Assembly (NCBI GenBank): GCA_047285535.1
Contig: JBJBDC010000001.1
Span: forward strand, 1,568,136 to 1,632,135
Length of the DNA stretch: 64,000 bases
Source of the DNA: Synechococcus sp.
Lineage (GTDB): Bacteria; Cyanobacteriota; Cyanobacteriia; PCC-6307; Cyanobiaceae
Direction of reading: 5' to 3'
Every line of letters begins with the position of its first letter. The stretch's first letter is position 1. This document shows, one piece after another, positions 54,280 to 64,000 of the stretch. The position numbers were made by a program, and so were the translations under genes. Below the pieces are notes generated by a model, which did no database searches, was not told where the DNA came from, and saw only the letters and a program-made list of their open reading frames with translations.

Positions 54280-55139
54280 CAGACCAGCTTGTCGGAGTCA
54301 GTCAATGGAGAAGGTGCATGCATTGCCCTAGCGGTTGCATTGATCCCCAAGCATGCCATCCAGGCACGTTGGAAAAGCTTTTAACATTGCGCTCTGAAAA
54401 ACCCTCACTCTTGTCTAGCGTTTTCGAAACCTACAGTGTTTGGCTCAAACTCCAAGATCATGATTAGAAGGTGATCGATGTGCTGGGTGATCTCTACTGC
54501 AGTAACACTGTTCATCTTCAATCAGACTCATTTTGCTTGTAAAGATGGGGCAGGTTTAATCTCCAGCAGTAATCCGCGAATTTGCGTAAAAAACTCACTC
54601 AACCATGAAGTGACATGCATGGTTCTGATTGAGTGAGTCCGCATTCAGACAGTTTTTTCTGCATGGCTCCCATAGCAATCGATCAATTTTGTCTCTAGGT
54701 ACGCAATATCTGTATCTCTCAGGTGTTGAAAAATCGACTGGATCGCTCGAGCTCGCGTGAGCGGGAGACATCAGAGCCATGGAAATAGAGTCGAGTGTTG
54801 TGCGAATCATGTGTTCAATCTTCGTCAGTGTCTTCATTAATCCCAACCTTGTCGGCGCAATCTTGGACAGTGAGAATCTCATCGAGATCTATCTTCTGAC
54901 GTTGAGGCGGTGTGCAGAGGGCCGTTTCAGATTTGCCGGCAATGGATTGATGGTGCTCCTGAATGCGAAGAACCACTGTCCTAGCTAGTGAGAACAGAAA
55001 GGATAGAACTCAGCTTCGCTCTTGTGCTTGCTATTTAAATCGTTTGCCGTTTCGTTCACATACAGCTCCATCAATGTGTTGATGTTCTTGTCTGGTTTCT
55101 GATGCGTTGAACCTTAAGTGGAAGCATGGTTCATCGAAT

Positions 55140-55258
55140 CCAAGGACATGATGCGCGAACCTCCAACAGAGGCAAGCAGGGCCGGAGGCAACCACGCGCT
55201 GCTGGATGTTGGAGCCATTCAAGGAACGTTCTCCCACGATTCGCCCGTAGGGATCAGT
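55140..55258 (-). pseudogene. Thermonuclease (SNase-like) C-terminal fragment
   Basis: TDPYGRIVGE..NGSNIQQRVVASGPA resembles the D-R-Y-G-R...N..LV..G.A motif; 5' half absent. Confidence 0.6.
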
Positions 55259-55264
55259 TGCTGG

Positions 55265-55408
55265 TTAGGCAGCCTCTGCGTCTTGCTCCTCATATAAAGC
55301 CTTGAGCTGATCCAGCTCGGCTATCAAATATTGGATCTCAATCCAGTCGGTAGAAGCATCAATGGCGCTTTCCAGCCGATCAATCTGATGCTTTAGAAGA
55401 AAGGACAT
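55265..55408 (-). CDS. 47-aa acidic helical protein
   Basis: Below ORF-track cutoff: MSFLLKHQIDRLESAIDASTDWIEIQYLIAELDQLKALYEEQDAEAA, clear amphipathic periodicity. Confidence 0.65.
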   Translation of the reverse strand: MSFLLKHQIDRLESAIDASTDWIEIQYLIAELDQLKALYEEQDAEAA

Positions 55409-56928
55409 CAGTCAGGCAACAATTCCAGCCATAAAACCGTGCTCTGGATGTGATGCAAGCCCCGCATTGCCCAATAGAAGCTGAAGATTGTCACCATGGG
55501 CCAGATCACTAAAGCTCCACTCTTCAGGCACGAAAGTATTGCGATGATGCCTTCGCGCTACTCCAATTCCAGCGGCGGCGGCTGGAGCAACTCGCCCCTG
55601 AATAGATCCAGATACACCCTGGCGTGGCGGGATCGAGCGATCACCACATCAAAGGTATCCATCTCGACGCATCCTTCTGGATCATTCACGTTCACGTCGA
55701 CACCTGATCGACACAGGGTCTCGTCCTGCTGTGCGTCAAGTTAGGAGCCATTAGCGTCATGGCACCACCCAGCAACGTCAGGTTTTCAAGGCAGACCATT
55801 TCCCATCGCAAGATCAAAGCGGTCAGCGCTAGCCCAGGTCGAACGATGCTGGTTCAGACTCAACAATCCTTGGAGATTTCGAAGGGATAAAAATAGAAGA
55901 ACCTGTTGAATCTTAAAGGTACGGAGCTTGAGGACTAAACCTCGTATTTGGCGAGGATGCGGAATGATTACCGAATTGTGTCTTTATAATTTCACTTAAC
56001 TGTTATCAATATATCCGGCTGAACCATTATCATCAGCTTGATGCCAAACCAAATCTTTCTCCTGGATCGGTAGTTTGCCTTTGCTAGTTGCTGAGCAAAG
56101 AATTGGCTCATTGGAACTCCCACGTACATGATTTAGGAGGCAAATCATGATGCGTGGTCTGAGCATGTCAATTGGGATGAATTTTAAATGCGAGGTAGTG
56201 AAGAGTATTCTTGAAAATGCCATAGACCAGTATTTGCTTTTCGACATTTTCTTAGGCGTCTTCACCCAAAGCATTAGGTGGATCGCAACCCATGCTTAGA
56301 GAATTTATCATCTTGGGATTACGACCATCTCTTGTCTTCTCGTAAGGTTGCAATCCAGAGCTGACCTGTACAGATCAAATCGTTCAACTTGAGCCTCAGA
56401 TTGAGCATCTGATGAGCTAGAATTGATTGATGATTGGATATCCCGAGCGTCAGAAGTCAACAACCTGGGGTTTCATGTCTTGGTGTCGAGTGTAATCCGA
56501 ATTAACCATCATTAGATTCATCATTTTTCTCGATAGCCTGGCTCGCAAGCCTTCAAAGCTGTTCACCTCATGGCAGGAAAGTGGTGCTGCTGCTGCCTGT
56601 GCAACTCAACAATCATTGTTGAACAACCAAACGCTGCAGTGGAATGGGCCGAATCAGCCAATCTCAGATCTCTAAGCTTCCTATTGGTTCCGTAGACAAC
56701 TCTTATTTCAGTAAGGATCAGAAGGTGAATATCAAGCGGATCATGTTGTTTCGTCGAGTTGATTCAGATGATCGATAAATAGATCAAGCCATCGAATCTA
56801 TAGTCTTGCGCCCTGAGGTGGGGGTGGGGCACAACAATCAACAATCGACTTAAGAAATTTGTGCCAAAATCTTAGGCGTAAGGTTGTTCTAGTCAATGCT
56901 AGTATTGACTAGAAAGTAGCTCGGGCAC

Positions 56929-57192
56929 GTGAATAGAATAAAATCACTCACCATTTCCGCCTTGTTAATTGGTGCTCCAGTTCTTTGCTGTGCTGTTCGC
57001 TCACAGGCAAACATTCCCTCTGAACAAGCAATCACCTCGGGCGAAGGCTTAGCCAACGTGAACGGCATTGTCAAGTCTCAGCGAGAGCGAGAATTCGAAG
57101 CCGATGAAGCCAAGGAGGCTATCCAACTCAAAGAGATGATAGATACCCCCCAAAAGGAAAGACTTGATGAATGGGTAGAAGATGCTGATTAA
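56929..57192 (+). CDS. Secreted hypothetical protein
   Basis: Signal-peptide-like N-terminus ending SQA; acidic body. Confidence 0.55.
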   Translation: MNRIKSLTISALLIGAPVLCCAVRSQANIPSEQAITSGEGLANVNGIVKSQREREFEADEAKEAIQLKEMIDTPQKERLDEWVEDAD

Positions 57193-57246
57193 TGCTTGTT
57201 TTCAAAGACCGAATGGAGTGTATTCAAGGGGAGGCAAGCACATCCT

Positions 57247-57720
57247 ATGCGGGCGATAAAACTAGTCTCACTCATTGTCTTCTATATGGGTGTCTCAAGC
57301 TGTGGGGATAAAGATACCGGAAATTATCTATCAAAAACACAAGCAATTGAGGAATGCGAAAAATGGGTGGAGAAAGGAAGAACGATGGTTTTTGAGAGGG
57401 AGTTGTCTTACTTGGAGAAAGAGAAAGAGTTTGAGAATAAAAACCCTAAGCCTATCTCAATCCTCAATTTAGATAGGTTGGGTGCAGCAAGCAGTGGATT
57501 GCCTGATGACAGGGATTTGCTTTCTTGGTTCAAGGAGAGGGATGATTATACTGACAAGATTATGATCGTTAAAGATGAAATGAATTCTCGTTTTTGCAAA
57601 GAAGACAAAGAAAGAAGCCAGGTTTTAGGTTATGAGAACCAGGCAATCAAGGATGGCAGCTGGGAGAGTGCAAAGGGAAAGCAGGGAGAGCCACTTATGG
57701 TTAGGCACTTCCGTTATTGA
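57247..57720 (+). CDS. Putative lipoprotein ending in FRY
   Basis: Lipobox-like VSSC; aligns by eye with 44661-44993. Confidence 0.75.
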   Translation: MRAIKLVSLIVFYMGVSSCGDKDTGNYLSKTQAIEECEKWVEKGRTMVFERELSYLEKEKEFENKNPKPISILNLDRLGAASSGLPDDRDLLSWFKERDDYTDKIMIVKDEMNSRFCKEDKERSQVLGYENQAIKDGSWESAKGKQGEPLMVRHFRY

Positions 57721-59255
57721 TCAAGCGATGGAATTCTTCGAGAGTCAAATGGATTGGGGCTCAAGAAGGGGGAAGATTTATATTGTCGCGATAGTGATAA
57801 GTGTTACCTCCTCGACCATGAGCTATGTATTAAATACTAGAGAAATCAATGGACTCGAAAGCAGCAGTAGCTGATGCTGCTCAGCAATGAATTCACGACA
57901 GAGGGGCAAGGAGAGTTGGCGACGAAAGTTTTGGAATCGACATAGAAATAGAGTCCAGACCGGGAGATGAAAAGGCTGCAAAAAAGGAATTAGGTGACGA
58001 TCGAACGCAGGAGCTGCAAGCTTATTTAGACTGAAGACTCCTGAGATGAATAGTGAAGTTGGTCTAAGCGCTAACAGTGTTTAAAACAAAAGAGGCTTGC
58101 AATAAGTCTTCCTCAACAGTGGAAAGCCTATTGACTAATATAAAATAGATAACCCATCAAAAGACATGCCCACATCAGAGCAAATCCTGACAAGTCTCAT
58201 CGTGAAATCTTGAGCTTGAATATAGATCATACTCCCCAGGGTGAGACGCAAGAAGTTTTAGTATTATGATTCATTGCCGTACATAAGGATGCCATTCATG
58301 GAAAAGCTCAGGCCTGGGGATACTTCAAGTGGTTTGCTTGATGGGGGTAATCGGGAACTAAGAATTGCCATGATTGGCGCCACTATTTTAGAAATGCAAA
58401 ACCTTTGCAGGCTATAGTTCTGAAATATAGTTTTCACATCCTATGAATAAGCGAGGATAAGGCGAGTGGGTTAAATCTTCTGTTGAAAGCCTACGTATTT
58501 GCTGGGAAGATTGTTTTCGTCTCCCAAGCACGAAGCTCTTCCATTGGTTAGAAGCTCCGCTATTCCAACCCCAGCTGCCATCACATTTGTCAGTCGACCT
58601 GTACTTATGCTTGGTGAGCTCTCGAGGCTTATCCTGCATCTATGTCATGCGTGAGAGAATGCCCCATATCACAGTCAATTCGCCACTTTCATTTTCAGTC
58701 AATTAGATCTAGCGGACCTTGGTCTGTCTTCCCGCTTTGTGTTGACTTGGGATGCGCTGATTGATGACGGCGTCTGAGCACCTTTCGTCTCATTGACTTG
58801 CGAGTTTTTGTAGCTCTTTGAGCAATTTTCTGCTTTGAGCAGTGGTGACCCCTTTCCAGTAGCTCTCCAGTGCTGTCATGGGCTGTCCTCTGACCGTGAC
58901 TCAGTTCTACGGGCACTTCACGAGGACTGAAAGCGGAGACAGCCGTCCTCCATGGTTCGGTTTCAGGACCATTCCAGACCAGATTCCACGGGAGTATTTT
59001 GACGGGTGGCCTCACTCCTAAAGGACACGTCTGTTGAGCAGTGGCAGCCAGCTTCAGCTGAAGATGCTTGAAGAACAGGGCTGTCACCAACTGTTCACCG
59101 CATGGCGAGAAGGTTGGGATGGTGCTTCTGTGTACGCAACTCACAAGCGGTGTCTGTAGGCCCCCCTCAGGCTTTGTTCGAGTCTTCAGTGTTGTTTGCG
59201 TTGCTTAGAACAACGTCGTTGAGATTCTTGTGACAGATCAAGCTCCCTGGGGTGA

Positions 59256-59609
59256 TCAATCACCAGTCGGCTCAAGAGCTGGCTTTTTCCAGAACACGTT
59301 GAGGGTGTAGTGGCCTTTGCGTTTGAAGGTGAGGCCTGCAGGCGCACTGCTCTTGGTATAAGTCTTGCCGTTTTCTGCCTCAGGGAAGACGAACCTGTAA
59401 TGGTGGAGGGTGAGGTCATCCACATAAAGATTCCCCTGGTCCTGGCTGAAGATGCAAGGCCCTTTCATCATCGGTATCCAGTTGTCATGCCAAGACACAG
59501 TGCAATAAGCCGTGATGCTGTCGGCCTGAGCGACAGGTGGATCCATTGGCTCACTAACTGCGACGAGTGCAGCGACAGACGCGATTGCGGTGATTGCGGT
59601 GCGGATCAT
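59256..59609 (-). CDS. Secreted hypothetical protein
   Basis: Signal peptide, TAYC...GPCIFSQ Cys pair, beta-rich composition. Confidence 0.7.
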   Translation of the reverse strand: MIRTAITAIASVAALVAVSEPMDPPVAQADSITAYCTVSWHDNWIPMMKGPCIFSQDQGNLYVDDLTLHHYRFVFPEAENGKTYTKSSAPAGLTFKRKGHYTLNVFWKKPALEPTGD

Positions 59610-59695
59610 TAACGTGCTCTTTTGCAGATTGCCCCCCGGTTCAGCGAAGGGTGCTGGCTTCTAGCTGTTGCCAGCTCAGTTGTAGGAATAAAGTG

Positions 59696-60232
59696 TCAAT
59701 ACTGCCATTGAATTCCCGATAATAAATAGAGAATGGCTACAGCACTAAATACCGAGATATAGATCAGTGTTTTAATTCTGAGCCACAATTTGTCCCACTT
59801 ATAGGGAGCCGCTAGTAATTGAGAAATTAGAAATAGAATGACAAAACCAAACTCGCTTGCAGCAACTGGTTGGCGTTGTTGGTAATTAGTAGCGGCGTGA
59901 ATAAGCAACGAAAACATTCCTGCGTAAGCAGTAATAGAGCCAATATTGAAAAGTATGGCTGCTTGCTTCTTTTTCAATCTTTCTCTCGCAGTCATGGGAA
60001 TAAAGCTGGCTTTATACACTAGAAGCAGCCGCCTGAATATGTAAAGACAATATTTGATTGCGTCGTTGCTTGTGCTGTAATCGTCATCAGAAGAAGTATT
60101 TTCAAGGACACCACAGAATCTGCCCAGGGTCAGGAGCAAGGGATCTGCGAATGCGTAGCTCAAGGGATCGGCAGTGAACTTTATTGCTTCTTTTCTGCCA
60201 TTGAAGGGTTGGTTTGAGCCCATGGTTTGCAT
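59696..60232 (-). CDS. Hypothetical membrane protein
   Basis: Three TM segments in the C-terminal half; true start may be MTARERL. Confidence 0.5.
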   Translation of the reverse strand: MQTMGSNQPFNGRKEAIKFTADPLSYAFADPLLLTLGRFCGVLENTSSDDDYSTSNDAIKYCLYIFRRLLLVYKASFIPMTARERLKKKQAAILFNIGSITAYAGMFSLLIHAATNYQQRQPVAASEFGFVILFLISQLLAAPYKWDKLWLRIKTLIYISVFSAVAILYLLSGIQWQY

Positions 60233-60988
60233 GCAGGGTTGAACTCGACGTAGGCCCTCCCATCACCTTCATAGGAGCGAGTTTGTCGTGGCACTTGGAA
60301 TGCTTTCCTACAGCTACACACGAGCGGCGCTTGGCATGTGCAAAGCTGCTGTTCCAGCCAATCTTTGGATCAGCTGGTGGCAGTCCTCAGACGGAGTGGT
60401 TGGAGAAAATGCACCAAGACACATCACGCCAGTACGACTGACTCAGCAAGACATTTTGGCTGGACCTCACCAGGTTCTTTGGGCAGCGATAAGCGAATCA
60501 TGTTTTCAATCTATTGACTTCATTCGCCCCCACCAGGTGAAGACACATTCAACTTGTTGACAATTATGGCTGCCCATGAAGGCATAGCCAGTTGGGCACG
60601 TGTTATCGATCTCTTCAGGTATGCCTTTCTGGGCTTCAAACAACTGGGGTAATCAGCAACTTTTGTATACAGTGAATATGTCGGTTGCGATATCACCAGC
60701 AGCAGCGACAGGTATGGCACCTTCGACCAGGGTAGGAGATGTGAGGCTGATGCGGATCATGGCTAGATTCTGCTTTTGGGGTGACTCGTCCCAGCAAGGA
60801 TGTCTGCAGGGCTGATAGAAGCATTTACTGCATTCAAAGCCAACAGGCGGCAGAGTTACGGAGTTAGTGCATGCCCAATATCGTGCGCCTGCGCTTGAAG
60901 TCAGCTAGAGAAGCATCCCAAGACAGCGATTGAAATGCGGAAAGCAGCCTCTACTCAGGCCGGACTAGGACTAAGTCAGACATGATGT

Positions 60989-61282
60989 TCATTCCATCCA
61001 AATTTTTTGGAAAGCATGGGGAGCTGATTCACGCAGTTCCATGGATGCTTCGCGAATGAACGTGATACAGGCGTTTGAGCCGTCAAATTGCTTACTTTGA
61101 AGGAGTACCGTAAACGCATCATTCAGGGTTTTTCCTTTCTTCAATTCTGCATCAAGCGTTTTCACTGCACCGATAGGATTGCACTTGCCAAACTTGAATG
61201 GTTCTGGATCTTTTGCGAGGCTGGTTGGGCTGGCACCAACAGACAGGACAAGGCTCAAGAACAACAGTTTGATATCAGCCAT
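60989..61282 (-). CDS. Secreted hypothetical protein
   Basis: Signal peptide ending SLA-K; two Cys. Confidence 0.7.
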   Translation of the reverse strand: MADIKLLFLSLVLSVGASPTSLAKDPEPFKFGKCNPIGAVKTLDAELKKGKTLNDAFTVLLQSKQFDGSNACITFIREASMELRESAPHAFQKIWME

Positions 61283-61841
61283 TGACCTGCCAATGATGCT
61301 TATTCGATGAGAGTAGGACAGGTCCAGTTCAGTGATGGCGAGCTGCCCGTTTCTGATGCAGGCTTGCCAATCTTGAATGAAATATCATGTAAATATTGAA
61401 GACCTTGAAAGAAAGATTGGAGCCCATCAGCAACATCATTTTGTCTTGGGTATTGGACCATTGACTTCATTCCTTGATTGATCCTCCTTGTGTCAATGGT
61501 GGCATTGTGTTGATAACAGTCCGTCATGGAGAACTCTTCAAAGATCTGAGTCGGGCACTCGCGCGCTCTTCCTAAGCCATCAAACAAGCTTTTACAATTA
61601 ATTGTCATTCATCTACTATTTTCAGTGCTATTGGGAGTCATAATGCTTCCAATTGTGGTCATGCTATGCATCACTGCCTGACCCGAGAAACAGGCAAAAT
61701 ACCTGCTTGAAACTGACAAAACTTACAGAACAAACGATCAACTTCCAAACCTGATTGCCACTACAGCCTTCCAACTATTATCGCTGATGCAATAGGTGCT
61801 GAGGGAATCAATGCTTTGATGAACTTCTTGAGGAGATAGCC

Positions 61842-62561
61842 TTAATCATGAGACTTGTCGCCATTCACAACAAAATCCCACCATGCTTCAAGGCGTGGTG
61901 CAGATGAGTACCAAATGTCCCCGAAGAATCCACCATGGGCAGTATCGTCTTGAATCAGAGAACGCGCACCTCTAAGCAAGGCTGATTGAACTGGAACCAG
62001 TCCATCACCAGTGCAATTTTCATCATTAGTGGCTCTTTGGTAACTGGCTTTAGCGCTGCGGCGGCTGAATGCCGAGGCATTTTCACTGGATAAATCCAGC
62101 TTTCCCGCGATCGCGACATAATCGACTCCTGAGGCATGACATCCAGGAAAGCGGCGGTCCACCATCGTCCTCAGAGCTGTGGCACGAACTGCCTGATGGG
62201 GACTGCCGAGGGTGACTAGGCGATCACATCGTGTAGAACCGGCATACACACGCCCCTGGAATGGTTCATCGCTGAGATAAAGACGCAACATCACTCCGCC
62301 GGAGCTGTGACCAATCAACGTGACTTTCCCATTGATTGATTGGTTTTGAAGTTGTTTTACCATGTCGTCGACACGGTCTAGCACACGACGCCATCCAAAC
62401 CTCCAGATGGTCAAGAGCCAATCCAGTCGAGTCATGGGCACAACCAGAACATCACGAACTCCCTGGCACTGCAGCCAGGCAGCCATCGCGGCGTAAGCCT
62501 CAGCTGTAATGAGAAACCCTCCAAGGATCAAAACAGGCTGCTGCGGATCAACTGTTGTCAT
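61842..62561 (-). CDS. Alpha/beta-hydrolase (lipase/esterase-like)
   Basis: LIGHSSGG nucleophile elbow, LVTLGSPH, GDGLVP, distal His (TAHG). Confidence 0.92.
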   Translation of the reverse strand: MTTVDPQQPVLILGGFLITAEAYAAMAAWLQCQGVRDVLVVPMTRLDWLLTIWRFGWRRVLDRVDDMVKQLQNQSINGKVTLIGHSSGGVMLRLYLSDEPFQGRVYAGSTRCDRLVTLGSPHQAVRATALRTMVDRRFPGCHASGVDYVAIAGKLDLSSENASAFSRRSAKASYQRATNDENCTGDGLVPVQSALLRGARSLIQDDTAHGGFFGDIWYSSAPRLEAWWDFVVNGDKSHD

Positions 62562-63149
62562 CGCTCAGATACCAAGGAATACAACCATCTTCAGTGCAGA
62601 AGGATGGCAACGGAATGGTCCTCAGAATTCTCAAGAGAAATGGGATCAGCCGCTCCTCTAGGAGAGCGAGCCTCATCTCTTGATCGAGGGTTATGAGTAA
62701 GAGGCAACTGCATAAGGCATTCCTTCTTGCTGAAGGCCCCTTCGCTTCCATTAGAAAATGGCCGCTCGTTGTTTCAATGTTCTATTATCTCAATCCAAAT
62801 CATAAACTTACTTGAACTCATAATGTGCTGAACTTTTTAGCGTTCAGTGCATCTACGCTGTGAGCTGAAACTACTTTAACGCCTTAAAATCCATTGAATT
62901 CGCTAAAATCAGTAATACTCCAGTTGACAAGTTGAACAGTTCTGATGCAATGAAGATTTGGCTTGAGTCGTGAATTATCGCGGCTCCTACTAGGCTCACA
63001 GGAATTACCTACCTACATTATTTTCCGATGGTTCCCTTAACCCGATGCGGCCCAATCAGTTGCTCATAATTCATCTCTATTGGGTGGCGATCATCAGCAT
63101 GTCACACCACTCTAAAATGTATCAAATGAATGCAGTAGGCCAAAGAACG

Positions 63150-64000
63150 CGGCAGATGTTCATCCAGATCAGTATTGAGATAATGGACAGATGGTTGAAG
63201 CTGAAATTACTTACGAAGTTTTCCGGTTGAGACCATTATAGTTTTCCGCAACAACATACAAGGCTGTTGCCAGTGGAATGGCCATGAATATGACTAATGA
63301 TGCGGAGTAAAAGGGTGATCAATTAATGAGAATGTCAGCGAGCACGCCTGTGGCAGGAGATACGGCAAGTTTGATGAACACAGTTGTCCAGATGTTCATA
63401 TCTGCTGTTTTTATAGACAATTCACGCATGCTGACACCCACTGCAAATAGAGCTACAGGAACCAGGATTGGACAAAGTCATTCAAGAAGGTTTCGATAAT
63501 TCCGCTTGTCTACCAGTTCGCTGCATTGGCAGCAATGCAAGCAATTGCTGCTACTAAGATTGGATTAAGCCGTGTGGATGTAGAGTTGAAGGCTTTTCCC
63601 TGCTTGACCTTGCCTGATTCATTCTTTGATTTTAAAATTCAAGCAGATCCATAATGGCATCAAATTATATTGACGATGGCGGCTGATTTCGACATGGAGA
63701 GAGCCTCTTGCTTCCCAATTATTTTGATTAGAATTGGATAATCAACTAGAACGTTATTACCTCTTCTGCCGCAAAACCCATTGCAATACCTTTCAGGGGA
63801 TCAGACCCTCTAAATTTGTTGAAAAAAGAAAGGCTGTCCAAATCATTTGTCTGTAGATCATTAGGTAGGCGATCCAAATCTGCCAATAAAATCATTGACA
63901 CAGATGCACGCCTGTAAGCGTAGTGAATACCGTTGATGTTGCCGCAGTACAAAAGACATACTGCATTGAATATAGGCTTTATTCTGATTTGCTTGATCGC
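63150..64000 (-). pseudogene. Decayed AEC-family (malate permease-like) transporter
   Basis: Ordered fragments QYVFCTAATSTVF, GNNVLVDYPIL, LNPILVAAIA, PVALFAVG, IKLAVSP, IPLATALYVVAENY separated by stops and frameshifts; boundaries approximate. Confidence 0.65.

Noticed and set aside
58695..59144. 149-aa minus-strand ORF
   Set aside because: Composition not protein-like and no motif recognised in any frame.

Overview
Cyanobacterial chromosome segment, most likely a marine Synechococcus (inferred from gene content and order, hli genes, CP12 and DUF1651). Core genes occupy 1-14.9 kb (tatD partial, rpsT, hisD, rpiA, htrA, rimP-nusA-ylxR-infB, tRNA-Thr) and 22-36.5 kb (aspartoacylase, GST, ABC-F, CP12, obgE, sugar ABC ATPase, mutS2, hemB, dnaJ-like, SulP). 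Three accessory segments are present. (i) At 4.96-7.9 kb, a four-gene radical-SAM cyclophane RiPP cluster (GrrP-GrrA-GrrM plus an uncharacterised secreted protein) whose precursor carries five aromatic-X-Asn motifs. (ii) At 14.9-22 kb, an islet after tRNA-Thr with two hli genes sharing a 17-nt leader, a candidate small RNA and small secreted proteins. (iii) From 36.6 kb to the end, a gene-poor, AT-rich island with ferritin, peroxiredoxin, a second CP12-like peptide, a glutamine (Downstream-peptide type) riboswitch with its small ORF, an orphan double-glycine RiPP precursor, tandem tRNA-Ser 3' scars and several pseudogenes. No integrase, transposase or CRISPR array was seen. All calls come from reading motifs by eye; no searches were run. 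The most speculative new lead is a candidate sRNA at about 15.8 kb whose loop is complementary to the start-codon region of the riboswitch-controlled peptide at 52.04 kb.
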